A stretch of DNA of 64,000 bases from Tubiluchus corallicola (taxonomy: Eukaryota > Animalia > Priapulida): NCBI GenBank assembly GCA_030141605.1, contig JAQGDQ010000437.1:133818-197817 (forward strand), written 5' to 3'. The number at the start of each line of letters is the position of its first letter. The stretch's first letter is position 1. The position numbers and the translations under genes are program-made. Of this stretch, positions 24,722 to 38,852 are shown piece by piece. Below the pieces are notes generated by a model that worked only from the letters and a program-made list of their open reading frames with translations, searched no databases and was not told where the DNA came from.

Positions 24722-24853
24722 CTTTTCCCAGGTCCCACTCTCGTATGGGAGGCGGTCGAGTCGCACTCGGTACGCCCAACTGCGCAGCTTCCGCTTCCGG
24801 TTGCTTAACGACTTCCCCTTCTTCAAGCTCCTCTTCAGGCCGAACGTCGGCAT
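24722..24853 (-). CDS. CCDC174: CCDC174 coding exon 9
   Basis: ...PPPIREWDLGK (human PHIREWDRGK); AG/GT; phase 1/1. Confidence 0.9.
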
Positions 24854-26620
24854 CTGGGAAAAAAAATCATTTTTCACTTTTTAACGCAATAGTGAATACT
24901 CATCAGTCCAGACATTGAGGTAATGATTACAGTAAACTGTGTAATTCATACATCTGGGGACCTGCAAATATGTTTGAGTTACGGGTACGAGTTAGACAAT
25001 GTTCGTTTATGAAAACCAATGCAAAATTGGTCCTTGAAATGCAATAACCACAGAGGTTATGCTAGGTGCGAGCACATGTCTTTAGGTTGTACTGAAGCAT
25101 ATAGCTAAGCAGCGGCCGACCAGCTAAGTGGCACGTGGCATTTGTTAGTGTATGTAGTTTGTACTAGAGAGAAAAGAATTATGTAATAAATGTGAAAAAG
25201 GAAAAGTTAGGTAGGTCAGTAAGAACAGGATAGCGCTAAAAAACAGTTTGGAGAAAGAGGGTCATGGGAGCAGCTTCACACATCATAGTTTTAGTTTTTT
25301 GAGAGGTGATTATATTTTCATTTTTGCAGAAGTGTAATTAATAATTATAAAATGGTTTGTGTTAATGGAGAGAAATTTTGCATACGTATAGTTATAATAT
25401 TTTGCAAAGAATATGTTATGAAAGGAGTAAGGAAGACAAATACAAATACAGGTTTTGGAGCCATCAGGAGGAGACTTGACAGTCGAATTTCGGCTGCTAA
25501 CTCCTCTACAAGAAAGGAAGATAGAGTCACTCAGCCACATCGAATAATACACTAGTAACACTACAGCCTACGAAAATAATAAACTGATTGTTTAGTCAAA
25601 CATGAAACAACATTTTTTTAAAAATAATCCAAAATAGAATGACTGGTTCACCTCTAGTGTAGTTTGAGCAGCGTGGTTAATAAAACTTGACAATAATATT
25701 GCGATCCACATTAAACCACGTTTGTTAAGCCATGTTGTGTTCAGTGTTCTACTAAGGTAAGACACGAAATCTTAGCATTTTTCCTGAAACTAGCAGTTAA
25801 AAACGTAATGTGGTGCACACTTTCGCGTAGGATTTCTCGCTAGGAAGGTTGTTCGAGATAGGCAGGGCAATTTCAATTAGGTTCTTACAAATTGTACCGG
25901 AAATTAGGTTAGAGTTACGCGATGAAAAACTGCTCTCACTAAGCAGCGATTACATTATATTCGACAGTTTCTGTAGGTTTCTGCTCCTCACACAATGGAT
26001 ATTCATGCAAACTTATACATGAAATGCATTTGTTTACTTTAGACAAATTAAAAATCGATTTTTGATGAATAAATTGAAAAAAAAGTTTTCAGTAACTGCA
26101 GTGTTTGCACTGTGACAATGTACAGTATCACTTGTGTGAAATCAGCTAATGTAGAAAATTTCAACTATCTAGGCCCTACACCCTAGTACACTTTGGCCTC
26201 AAGTTTAATCTACTTTTAAGGAGAAATTCCTGTTAAAAGATGAACCGATTTTAATTTATGCTTGACTGATTGGTTGGCTTTTCCTGGATTTCTGTACAGC
26301 AGATGGTTTTATTAGGCTGTAGCAAGTAGGCAATCAATAAATTTCTGTGTATGATCTAACTAAGCCAGACTAGGCCAGACTAAGCTACTCAATAGGCTAA
26401 GTTGGAGAGCCCGAAAAGGATGTGTTTTTTCTTAATTTTATCCAATTAAATCACATATAGATGCTTAAAGAAATAACGTTATTGGATAGCCTATATTATC
26501 TTGAATTTGTAATCATTTAGTCGTGTCTGTGCTCATACAGCAGCAGAAAAGTCGCAGGTCTTACAAGACCTATCTTGCCGTCCAGAAGTAGTTAAACGAG
26601 AAATAACAAGCGCTTCTTAC

Positions 26621-26732
26621 CTTCTTCGATGCCCTTTAATTTCTTTCGCTCTTTAACTTTCTGTAGCCGGGCTTGAATGTTGGCTTTGCGTTTCTCCTTC
26701 AGCTTCTCCCGTTTCATCCGCTGGTCGACCGT
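26621..26732 (-). CDS. CCDC174: CCDC174 coding exon 8
   Basis: TVDQRMKREKLKEKRKANIQARLQKVKERK (human [30 protein letters not shown]). Confidence 0.93.
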
Positions 26733-26904
26733 CTGAAATTAAAGAGCACTCGTCAGACTCACAACATCAGAGAATCACCACTAGAGGGAGCTGCGAGTTT
26801 TTCAACTAAAAACTGTCTTTTCAACTTTTTCGAGGCAACTATAAAATTATAACATTTTCGGAACACGTTTAGAATTCATCGTGCAATTAAAATACCCTAT
26901 CCCT

Positions 26905-27000
26905 TACCGTCCCTGACCCTAACCCTAACCCAATGCTAATCCTAATCCTAACACCAACGCTAACCTTAACCGTAACCCAAACCCTGAGCCTAATCCGAAT
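26905..27000. repeat. Degenerate (TAACCC)n hexamer tract
   Basis: ccctaaccctaaccc...taaccttaaccgtaaccc. Confidence 0.7.
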
Positions 27001-27495
27001 GTTGAACAGATTTCTTCACAAGTGGGGAATTGTTGACTTGTCCATTATTACTATGTTCGATTGTGCAAAAAGTTGCAAATTCACAAGAAACGTTGACAAG
27101 GCATGTTGAAAGAAATGTTGAAAGAAATCCCAAAGCTTCTAAATTCAGAAGTTATTACTATGTCCATTATTACTATGTTCAATCGTGCAAAAAGTTGCAA
27201 TTTCACAAGAAATGTTGACAAGAAATGTTGAAAGAAATCCCAAAGCTTGTAAATTCACAAGTGAATGTTTCAAAGAAAATTGATGCATTTAAAGTTGAAT
27301 TTCAAAGAATGCGTCACTGTCTCCAAAAATGTTGAAACATCAACATCAAATTCAAATGCAGCAAAGCTGCCAGATATCGTTCCAATGGGCGCCGATTCTC
27401 TCTTTTTCCTGCTTTCTGTTGACAATATCCCAGTTGATCAACTTACATAAAGGCGAGAGAGTGAGTTAAAGGCAAAGGATACAAAATATCGTTAC

Positions 27496-27590
27496 CTCCT
27501 CGTGTAGCTGCTTGAGTTGGGATAACTGCTCCTGACGTTGCATCTCATCCTCCGCAAACTCGTAGTAGCCGACGCCCATATCTCTCACCT
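27496..27590 (-). CDS. CCDC174: CCDC174 coding exon 7
   Basis: EVRDMGVGYYEFAEDEMQRQEQ (human [22 protein letters not shown]). Confidence 0.93.
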
Positions 27591-28479
27591 CTGAAAGCGG
27601 GTGAAAACAGGTAAAAATAAACCACTCGTGTGTTTTTGAACACATTCTGAATAATTAGTTTTAAGAAAACAAAAAAAACAAATGATGGAACAGCCAAAAA
27701 TACACACTTGTTCACTGTAGTTGTGCAAAAGCAGCCAAATTGTTAAGAACAATGAGTTTATGGTACAGCACCTTTTACAAAAAAGTGTTTGGTCCGTTTT
27801 TTTTTTATTATAAAATCAAGATTATTACATGACTATGAAGATTTTTAAGTTAAGACTACGTGTACGTGTAATGAATAGTGCATACAGAACAATTTGCATT
27901 TAAACACGCAGAATTGTTTCCATGTGCCTGTAATGCTTAATCCGTAATGCGTGATACATGATCCGTATTCATTCGAACGTGATCACTATCATCCGAACGT
28001 GATCACTATCATTCGAACGTGATCACTATCATCCGAATATGTATCATGCAGCAATACACGGATGGGAAGATGCCGTTTACTAGGCGATTTAGTCAGGCAA
28101 AGTTTGGTTATTTCATGATCTACACACGATAATATTTCTTCTTCCATTTGAGTTTTTGAAAGGTGGAAGAAACCATACAGTTATACCGTTTGTATCGTAT
28201 TGCAGTTCATTCACTAAGTCGTGATACACGTGATATCGTTTTCTCCCCTCCAAAAATGCTGTGCACCTAAAAACTGTGCTTTCATCTAATAATAGTACAA
28301 CGATACGCTAGAGCCACCGCCATGATTTCTTGATCGCCGTTGCATTGAAATTTTGACAGAAACATGGCTTTCAAAAAACTGTTCTGGCACAAGTAGTGAA
28401 ACTTGCACTTGACTGTCTTCCAACATTAATGCAGTGTAGATAAGTTTGCAAAGGATCAAGTGAAACTACAGATACGAAC

Positions 28480-28613
28480 CATTATGTCTGACGTTCTGAT
28501 AATGCACGGGACCCGCTGGCTGATTCATCTCTTTTTGCTGTTTCCTCTCCCACTCTTCCCTCTCCATTTCCCTTCTCATGTCGTCGGACAACAGATCCGG
28601 TTGATCATGCCCA
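28480..28613 (-). CDS. CCDC174: CCDC174 coding exon 6
   Basis: LLSDDMRREMEREEWE...GPVHYQNVRHNE (human LLSEDMRKELQRQQWE...GPVHYEDIRENE). Confidence 0.93.
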
Positions 28614-28619
28614 CTATGA

Positions 28620-31600
28620 AACAATAGGTAAAGTCGTGACATCAAATACAGGTAAAGTCATGACATCAAGTACAGGTGAAGCCATGACATCAAGTACAGG
28701 TAAACTCGTAACATCAAATACAGGTAAAATCATAACATCAAATAGAGGTAAAGCCATAACATCAAATACGGGTAAAGTCATAACATAAAATACAGGTAAA
28801 GTCATGACATTAAATACAGGTAAAGCCATAACATCAAATACAGGTAAAGTCATGACATCAAATACAGGTAAAGTCATAACATCAAATACAGGTAAAGTCA
28901 TGACATCAAATACAGGTAAAGTCATGACATCAAATACAGGTAAAGTCATGACATTAAATACAGGTAAAGTCATGACATCAAATACAGGTAAAGTCGTAAC
29001 ATAAAATACAGGTAAAGTCATAACATAAAATACAGGTAAAGTCGTAACATAAAATACAGGTAAAGTCATAACATAAAATAGAGATAAAGTCATAACGTAA
29101 AATACAGGTAAAGTCATAACATAAAATACAGGTAAAGTCATAACATAAAATACAGATAAAGTCATAACATAAAATACAGGTAAAGTCATAACATAAAATA
29201 CAGGTAAAGTCATAACATAAAATACAGGTAAAGTCATAACATAAAATACAGGTAAAGTCATAACATAAAATACAGGTAAAGTCATAACATTAAATAGAGG
29301 TAAAGTCATAACATAAAATACAGGTAAAGTCATAACATAAAATACAGGTAAAGTCATAACATTAAATACAGGTAAAGTCATAACATAAAATACAGGTAAA
29401 GTTGCAACATAAAATACAGGTAAAGTCATAACATAAAATACAGGTAAAGTCATAACATCAAAGCAGGTAAAGTCATAACATAAAATACAGGTAAAGTTGC
29501 AACATAAAATACAGGTAAAGTCATAACATAAAATACAGGTAAAGTCATAACATAAAATAGAGATAAAGTCATAACATAAAATACAGGTAAAGTCATAACA
29601 TAAAATACAGGTAAAGTCATAACATAAAATACAGGTAAAGTCATAACATAAAATACAGGTAAAGTCATAACATAAAATACAGGTAAAGTTGCAACATAAA
29701 ATACAGGTAAAGTCATAACATAAAATACAGGTAAAGTCATAACATCAAATACAGGTAAAGTCATAACATAAAATACAGGTAAAGTCATAACATTAAATAC
29801 AGGTAAAGTCATAACATAAAATACAGGTAAAGTCATAACATAAAATACAGGTAAAGTCATAACATAAAATACAGGTAAAGTCATAACATAAAATACAGGT
29901 AAAGTCATAACATAAAATACAGGTAAAGTCATAACATAAAATACAGGTAAAGTCATAACATAAAATACAGGTAAAGTCATAACATAAAATACAGGTAAAG
30001 TCATAACATTAAATACAGGTAAGTCATAACATAAAATACAGGTAAAGTTAACATAAAATACAGGTAAAGTCATAACATAAAATACAGGTAAAGTCATAAC
30101 ATAAAATACAGGTAAAGTCATAACATAAAATACAGGTAAAGTCATAACATTAAATACAGGTAAAGTCATAACATAAATACAGGTAAAGTCATAACATAAA
30201 ATACAGGTAAAGTTGTAACATAAAATACAGGTAAAGTCGTAACATAAAATACAGGTAAAGTCATAACATCAAATACAGGTAAAGTCATAACATAAAATAC
30301 AGGTAAAGTCATAACATCAAAGCAGGTAAAGTCATAACATAAAATACAGGTAAAGTCATAACATAAAATACAGGTAAAGTCATAACATAAAATACAGGTA
30401 AAGTCATAACATAAAATACAGGTAAAGTCATAACATAAAATACAGGTAAAGTCATAACATAAAATACAGGTAAAGTCGTAACATAAAATACAGGTAAAGT
30501 CATAACATAAAATACAGGTAAAGTCATAACATAAAATAGAGATAAAGTCATAACATAAAATAGAGATAAAGCCATAACATAAAATACAGGTAAAGTTGCA
30601 ACATAAAATACAGGTAAAGTCATAACATAAAATACAGGTAAAGTCATAACATAAAATACAGGTAAAGTCATAACATAAAATACAGGTAAAGTCATAACAT
30701 TAAATAGAGATAAAGTCATAACATAAAATACAGGTAAAGTCATAACATAAAATACAGGTAAAGTTGCAACATAAAATACAGGTAAAGTCATAACATAAAA
30801 TACAGGTAAAGTTGCAACATAAAATACAGGTAAAGTTGCAACATAAAATACAGGTAAAGTCATAACATAAAATACAGGTAAAGTCATAACATAAAATACA
30901 GATAAAGTCATAACATAAAATAGAGATAAAGTCATAACATAAAATACAGGTAAAGTCGTAACATAAAATACAGGTAAAGTCATAACATAAAATACAGGTA
31001 AAGTCATAACATAAAATACAGGTAAAGTCATAACATTAAATAGAGATAAAGTCATAACATTAAATACAGGTAAAGTCATAACATAAAATACAGGTAAAGT
31101 TGCAACATAAAATACAGGTAAAGTCATAACATTAAATAGAGATAAAGTCATGACATCAAATACAGGTAAAGTCATAACATTAAATACAGGTAAAGTCATA
31201 ACATTAAATAGAGGTAAAGTCATAACATAAAATACAGGTAAAGTTGCAACATAAAATACAGGTAAAGTCATAACATTAAATAGAGATAAAGTCATAACAT
31301 AAAATACAGGTAAAGTCATAACATAAAATACAGGTAAAGTCGTAACATTAAATACAGGTAAAGTCATAACATAAAATACAGGTAAAGTCATAACATTAAA
31401 TACAGGTCAAGTCATAACATTAAATACAGGTCAAGTCATAACATAAAATACAGGTAAAGTTGTAACATAAAATACAGGTAAAGTCATAACATAAAATACA
31501 GGTAAAGTTGTAACATAAAATACAGGTAAAGTCATAACATCAAAGCAGGTAAAGTCATAACATAAAATACAGGTAAAGTCATAACATAAAATACTGGTAA

Positions 31601-32035
31601 AGTCATAACATAAAATACAGGTAAAGTCATAACATTAAATAGAGGTAAAGTCATGACATCAAATACAGGTAAAGTCATAACATTAAATAGAGGTAAAGTC
31701 ATAACATCAAATACAGGTAAAGTCATAACATCAAACACAGGTAAAGTCATGACATCAAAGCAGGTAAAGTCATAACATAAAATACAGGTAAAGTCATGAC
31801 ATCAAATACAGGTAAAGTCATGACATTAAATACAGGTAAAGTCATGACATAAAATACAGGTAAAGTCATGACATCAAATACAGGTAAAGTCATGACATCA
31901 AATACAGGTAAAGTCATGACATCAAATACAGGTAAAGTCATGACATCAAATACAGGTAAAGTCATGACATCAAATACAGGTAAAGTCATGACATCAAATA
32001 CAGGTAAAGTCGTAACATAAAATACAGGTAAAGTG
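28620..32035. repeat. 24-bp minisatellite, about 140 copies, in CCDC174 intron 5
   Basis: Unit acataaaatacaggtaaagtcata; source of the (MTLPVFYV)n ORFs. Confidence 0.97.
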
Positions 32036-32204
32036 CTTCAAAGTTTCCTTTCAATATTTTAAAGAGTAGATTGTTTTGATCTATAGTTTAAGATTGGGTC
32101 TGGTTTTGCTTTAACTTTGTCATCCTCTTGCAATAACCCCCTCCAGTTATTCCTCTCTCTCTTGTCCACCTGGCATCTCAGACTTTCAGTGAAACATGAA
32201 TTAA

Positions 32205-32897
32205 CCCTTTCACTACGTAGCTGTGTTTTAACTGGGTCAAATTGACTTTTGCACATCTGATAATAACTTCTTATGGTAATGTTACAAAAACAGAATCTCG
32301 CGAATAAACAAACAGTTGTTCGTTATTGAGTACTAATATTAAACATTAGCTTTTATTTCTACACATGCACACACATACGAACACACATACATGCACTCAT
32401 GCACACACACGCATGCACGCACACACACGCGCACACACACACGTACACACATACGAGCACACATACATGCACTCATGCACACACACACACACACACACAT
32501 GCACGCACACACGCACACACATACGAGCACACATACATGCACTCATGCACACACACGTGCACACCCTCATGCACACCCTCACACCCACAAAACTAATCCA
32601 TAATATGCAATTATTTTATAAGAATGCAGAACAATCAACTAAACAAACGTTTCATCAATGATCTACAAGTGATTTTGTGTGGGAACATACCATACAGTGC
32701 AGTATAGTGGAATGCTGCTGGCTTCAGGCGTTGATTGGCTGGTTAGCATTACTTTGTTGCAAAGCAACCCCAATCCCAAGGCTATGAAACTTTTCTACAA
32801 TGTTCTGCATGATTGTAGCAGTGAAATAAACAGATTTGGGCGACTGCGCTTAGTGATGAGCTTTAGTGGCAGTGTGCCGCCTTCCGGAGTGAAAGGG
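32205..32897. mobile_element. piggyBac-type MITE with internal (CA)n tract
   Basis: TTAA|ccctttcact ... agtgaaaggg|TTAA; short relative at 47838-47973. Confidence 0.85.
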
Positions 32898-32958
32898 TTA
32901 AACTCAGAACAACTCATTATATGAATTGATGCTGTAAAATAAATTATATGTCGCTTAC

Positions 32959-33048
32959 ATCATGAAATTCTTGTCCATCTGCATCAGATTCTGAACTTCT
33001 TTTGCAAGACATTTTCTTGTTCTGCCCAAAGCATCTGTATACTCAACC
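32959..33048 (-). CDS. CCDC174: CCDC174 coding exon 5
   Basis: WVEYTDALGRTRKCLAKEVQNLMQMDKNF (human [29 protein letters not shown]). Confidence 0.95.
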
Positions 33049-33246
33049 CTGCAAAAAAAACATACTCAGCTAAAATATACAATCATTTGCAAACGTTTAC
33101 GACCAAAGTGAATTTTTCATGAAAATTGACAAAACCATCGTTTAACATGGTTCCATCTAAAAACTATTCATTTATTCTTCTAGAAGAATATACTACAGCA
33201 TAGTTTGTATGTTTTTATCCAAAAATAGTCACAGTCCTTGAACATT

Positions 33247-33440
33247 TTAGTACTTTGTATAACCGCCGAAGTTGTCAATCACTGCCTTCATTCTAAGAGG
33301 CATACTGGAAACTAGGTTTTGGCAGTAATCGGAAGTAATTTCTTTAACCCAAACGTCCTTGATAACTCTTCGCAAGTCTTCAGCACTTGATGGCTGCCTG
33401 TCTGCCACCTTATCCTTCAGTATCTGCCAGAGATTCACTC
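33247..33440 (-). mobile_element. Tc1 transposase C-terminal fragment
   Basis: NLWQILK...LVSSMPLRMKAVIDNFGGYTKY*, the classic Tc1 C-terminus; 5' truncated. Confidence 0.88.
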
Positions 33441-33665
33441 GTACTCACTAGACGTCACTGTTTCAACCACTACCAGTATGATGCAATCAACAATGAATCT
33501 GATGCAATCAGGGTACAGTCTGATGAAAATCCAGAAAACTCGAGCTTGGTCTTAAACTTTTGCAAATGACTGTAAATATTAATTTATATCTGAACTATGC
33601 CATAGTTAAGGTATACAAATTAGTATGAAATAATGCATTTTTGAAGGATGTCAAAAGGATCAAAT

Positions 33666-34050
33666 CAGCCTTTTCATGGTTTTGCTGTGCACAAGTGCAG
33701 TTGCTGTAGGTCAGAGGTTAAGTGTAATACAGCAACACGTCCTAACCACAGCCGTCACGTGAGATGTGTGTAAAGCAAAGTCGTTTGCCACATCAGTTCA
33801 GTAACGTTAGTTGTTTTACCTGAACTTTACTTAATTATGCATTAGTCTGTGCATAGAGGTGATTTGCTAGCAGGATCTTCTTGGGAACAAGAAAAAATGA
33901 ATTAGGTAAGGTTCTAGCTAACAGTTAAAACTGTTGCTACTACAACAGCATGAGCTTGGGCTGCAAGGCATTGTCAAGTGTACGCAAATGCGTTGCTTGG
34001 TACACTTAACCTTTGGCCTTTTCACGATCATCATCAATCACTGCAACTGT
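33666..34050 (+). mobile_element. 400-bp MITE family copy
   Basis: Colinear with 10742-11136. Confidence 0.75.
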
Positions 34051-34362
34051 GATCGATGATTTCTTTAGCAGGGTAAAAAAATTTCATTTGTAGCACCAAA
34101 GGAAAGCAACAGTTCTTTGAAATAAAATACTTCACAACGCATCGCAGTACTAGTGAACGATGAAACTGACAGAATGTGAATTCTGAAGCGTTTGAAACTG
34201 ACTTTAGCACTGCGACCACGCCACGAGTAATTCACGATTACCTAGAATTTCTAGCATCGCGCCCATCACTAATGGTTTTTCACTCATGTAGAAAAATCGG
34301 CACAAAACTCTTGTTGCTTCGTAAGATGATTATATTATAGAAATGCTCGAGAATGTACATTT

Positions 34363-35922
34363 TAGGACTGTAACGATACACCTATGTCACGATACGATAC
34401 ATATCATGATACTAACCTCACGATACGACATATACCATGATACATCTGAGTTAAAGTTTGCAGACTTTGTAAAAAAACCAGGTGAAACTATTAATAATAA
34501 ATGCTAAACATATTTTATGAATCAACAGCTTTAGGAGTGCAAAATGCCAAAATAACACGACAAACTGTTTGATTTTTATTTATTATTTAGGTAAAGTAGA
34601 GGCCATTGTTTGCATTGTAAGCCACAAGAAGAGCTAAACATCAATACTTTAGGTTTAAAAGTTGTTTGTGAATTTTCTGGTTCACTTTTGCCATTTCACA
34701 AGTTTATATGTAAACGACATAACTGTGGAAGTTGGAACTGTACATTGTAATTAGGTGCTGCCATCTATGTGCTAATCTTGTTACATCCTACCAGCTGACT
34801 TACCTTCAGTATAATTGTATGGTGCAGTGACTATATACACACTGGTCCTCTCCCTATCTAAAATTAATGGTTGTTGTGAAGCCTGAGCAACTCTGCATAG
34901 GTCAAGTTCTATACCTGTATACTGACTGTGAAACAGGTTTTACTGACTGTTTTTGCTTTCTAGTTTTTGCTCAATGTTCAGTGCAGCAGTTTTGCTACTC
35001 ATGTTTTCTGTAGTTCAATAAACACTTTTCTGTTGTGTGAAGTGCAAATATTTATTATAGATTTTGGTTCCCATTCATACTTCTCTATGTCTAAACTCAA
35101 TCATAACAAAGTGACTGAACAACAACTTCAAAAATGACTTTCACAATATCTAACCAACTATAGATTAGACACCTTGACTGCATTTTGAACAAATCTGACT
35201 GCTAGTATTGCCTGCGTTAAGTTGACTACAGCTCGCTGCACTGATTGTTATGTATCTACAGTACACTTTACAGCTGCAGCTTGAATCACTTCACATCATT
35301 TTCATTAGCTAGTCTTTGTGGAGAAATTCAGACAGAAGAGCATTTTTGTGCGAGTGCCATGAAAATGCACTTTATAGATCACTGCACGCGTTAAATTATA
35401 GCAATATTGCAAATTTATTTGACGGAGAATTAATGTCAACTGGAAATTTAATTTACGGCTGTATGCATAGATTTGTGAATTAAATAGTATAGCTTAGTTA
35501 GCGGACATATAACCGCATTATTGAGATTATCAATTAGGTAAAATATTTGTTTATCACATGTGTACAAATGCTTAGTTAATAGTTTTTTCGCTTCATAGAG
35601 TTTAAAACTAAATTTGTATATACTGTATATATCTGTGTATATACCTTGTGCAGCTATGTAGAGTCAAATTGTTAGTATGATCTGGAAATCATTACCCGAG
35701 CTCTGCCCGCTGATAAAACCATCGGGTATGCGTCGAGTTTGTAATTTTCAGTGTTGGAAATTTGATTCTCAGAAATAAAATATCTATTTATCTATCCTAT
35801 CTAGCATACGGTCAAGCGTGTGCTAATTTACTAAATAATGTTAATTCAGATAACTTGTCACGTACAAGTACACTTTGGCGGTACGTATTATCACGATACA
35901 TCGACGTACGGTTACGGAACTA
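34363..35922. mobile_element. hAT-type non-autonomous element
   Basis: Ends taggactgtaacgatac ... cggttacggaacta; CGATAC subterminal repeats; 8-bp TSD gtacattt/gtacatct. Confidence 0.7.
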
Positions 35923-36049
35923 GTACATCTTGCATGGATGAGAATGACATATTGCAAAAAAACTCTGAAACAGGCCGGGGGTTTTGGGGCCACCTAGGCC
36001 CCCTCAACCCCCTTGGATCCAGCAACAAATTGTAATTTTGTGACCATAG

Positions 36050-36345
36050 AGAGCCACTAAGTGGACTTAAAATATCAATTGCCTTGTTTCATGCATAATT
36101 TAAAATACCCAACTATCAAGGATACATGATACCTAATTGTCTCAAAAACGCCTAAGTACTGGCCGCTCCTATGCAAAAGTACATAAAAACTGTCTGCAAT
36201 TGACTCAAATAACTCCGCACAATTGATTCTATGTTTTTATACATAGAGATATACACGTGGTTACACTGATGTACGTGATGTAAACAAAGTGACGGCCTGC
36301 CAACTAGCAGTCAGCTTGTAAAATAATGTACTGGGTCCGTAAAAA
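36050..36345 (+). repeat. Interspersed repeat; second copy at about 60000-60230
   Basis: Shared gcaaaagtacataaaaactgtc...tacacgtggttacactgatgta...ccaactagc. Confidence 0.75.
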
Positions 36346-36511
36346 TTTTCGCGATTTACAAAAATGGCACTACTGGTCTTCCAAAAACTCTGAATTCCGC
36401 GTATCCGGAATTCTCATCCCTGATCTTGTACATATAAATGTAACAAAAAAACAAACAAACACGTAAACAATATGACTAATAATAATTAAATCTGAATGTA
36501 CCATCACATAC

Positions 36512-36718
36512 CATTCGTCAGCCGCTGGTTCGTTGCCAGGGCTACCTGTGTCTTGACCAGACGCCCTTTTCTTTGGTGGTTTTCCTCTCGTCTTCTGTAT
36601 ATCGTCTTTAGGCTTTTTGTCGAAGTCGACCAGGAAGCGATCCGACAGTTCGGGGTCGACAGCGGCGCTTCCGCTGGTCAAGTGCTCGTACAGTTTGGAT
36701 TTAGACTCCAAGGACAAC
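36512..36718 (-). CDS. CCDC174: CCDC174 coding exon 4
   Basis: LSLESKSKLYEHLTSG...RFLVDFDKK...DEW (human LEEKAKLYEKMTKG...YLVDFTQK...EEW). Confidence 0.93.
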
Positions 36719-36770
36719 CTGGTAAATATGGTATTGCAAAGTTATTCAATGCTAGAGAAACTAGCTGAAA

Positions 36771-37317
36771 CTACGGCCAAATCGCGTTGAAAACACCGGT
36801 TCTCGTCTGATCACCGAAGTTAAGCAACGTAGAGCCTGGTTAGTACTTGGATGGGTGACCGCCTAGGAATACCAGGTGCTGTAGGCTTGCGGGATGCCCA
36901 CACTGTATCTCGACACTAGGCGGAGGAGCTGCGCAAGCAGTCAATGGCTAGAGGGCGGAGGAGGTCAAGTAACCCAACGGCCATGTGTAGAGGAGTAAAC
37001 CTTCCAAATCAGGAGTGGAGCCCCGAAGGCGGACCAGTGCAGCATGCTCACTGACTTCGGCAGCTCCTGCAGCCAACCTGATGCCAAACATATCGCTCCG
37101 CTTTCCTTTGGACTACACCAGGGAGGAAGAGAGGTAGTTCCTGTTGTCTGGGCAACTCAGGATCTCCATACACCTTGCCCAGGCGAGCGCCCTGGAAACG
37201 TTCAAGGATCACACTGCTCAGCCACAGTCGACGCTGCAGCTCCATCAATGTGATCAATAACTGACTCTCTTGGCGCACACTCCATTGTCTTCTGAGACAG
37301 AAGGATGCCAACAACAA
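36771..37317 (+). mobile_element. 5S-derived SINE3, copy 3 (CCDC174 intron 3, antisense)
   Basis: 5S head plus shared body and (AAC)n tail. Confidence 0.92.
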
Positions 37318-37982
37318 AGAATTAAGCTTACCATACCTTTATGCAAGGAAATGAGGAAAGCAAGATCATTAAAGGAAAGAACAAGTCGTTCAATATCCGG
37401 GATGTTACTGAAACTGAATTTACAAAACCGGAATTTATGAAACATAGGAAACCAATGCCGAACTAAAATTTTTTACAAAACCAACTACTATTAAAAGTGA
37501 AAAAAGAAAGCTCTAAAATAAGTGAAATATTTTGCTTTTATTTGCTGCGATGCAAAATTACTGATAAAAATCAATTAACTAATTAATTACTTAAATAGTT
37601 AAGAAAAAAGGAATTAAAGTAAATGTTTGCAAACTTTAATTTAGCCTATCATCTTAAATTATCCCAACTTAGATACATTAGGAGCTATTAAAGGCAGTAC
37701 GTCAAACCACCCAGAACGAGTGTTGAACCCGGTAGTTAATTATACGTTCACTAACCAAACTTGGCATTGCTTTACTGCATTCACTAAGCATGCACCATGA
37801 CTGCTCATTTGTTTCTCAGACATTTTTTAAATGCAAAATTTTCTACAGTTCGACAAATAGGACACCGAAAAGCGCACAAAGAAATAATGAAAATTGCCTA
37901 TATGTTTATGTTTTTCTAGAACATAAACATATTTCATGTTCTAGGGATATGTTCAGCGATGTTCAAGTAGAACATTCAGTAC

Positions 37983-38077
37983 CTTGATCTCTCTAATGAC
38001 TGCTGCTCTTGCTGTAATTCTTCGAGATCCTTTTGATTTCGGCTTTCAACTCTTAAATTTTGTTTACTCCATATATT
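37983..38077 (-). CDS. CCDC174: CCDC174 coding exon 3
   Basis: NIWSKQNLRVESRNQKD (human SIWSKQNVGVSNRAEKD). Confidence 0.92.
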
Positions 38078-38278
38078 CTACAATGAAATAAAAGTAAATT
38101 AGCGAAAAATATAACTGAAGCTGATTACAACTCACTAACTCACTAAGCTTGTACTATGTACACTATCAAAATTTAGAGTAAAAAATAATCTTTAAGGAAT
38201 GTAGGTATTTGGGCAGCGAAAAGGAGCCTCTGGGAGCCTAGGGAACAGCAAGACTCAAGGAAAAAAGAAGCTATCACA

Positions 38279-38346
38279 AGTAAGTAAGTAAGCAAGTAAG
38301 TAAGTAAGTAAGTAATTAAGTAAGTAAGTAGGTAAGTAAGTAAGTA
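38279..38346. repeat. (TAAG)n microsatellite
   Basis: Directly visible. Confidence 0.9.
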
Positions 38347-38852
38347 TCTTTATTTATCACCTTTTTTACAAGACAAACACAAAGCATGGAACGATAATAT
38401 GATATAAAGTGACAAGGTTATTAAATGAATAAATTATCTGAGTTAATGGTGTTCAAGTGATAGGTGAAAGGGTGGCGAAAAACTTACCAAAGTTTCCAAA
38501 GTCAACCACCCTGTAAGTAATGTTGCTATTAGTAATACGCGCAATTATCTTGACGAAGATTTCAGAATGTGTGTAAAACTATTGAGATTAAGTTTAAATT
38601 TGAACATAAATATCATGGACATAAAGGCATAATAAATACATATAATGTTGATATTCAAAGCAATGTGTACATTTATGCAGACAGAAATGCCTTACCTCTT
38701 AAATTTCATTTACATGTTAGTACTGAATATGGTATGTTTCAGTACTGCACAAGCGAAGCAAAACGGAATTTAACCTACAGTAAAAACTTATATCAAAAAA
38801 AAGCAACAAAAATCTACTCAAAACCCCATCTCTTCTGCTTTCTCTCGCTCAC

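Noticed and set aside
28614-31989. (MTLPVFYV)n proteins
   Set aside because: Translations of a 24-bp intronic minisatellite broken by frameshifts; no independent evidence of coding.
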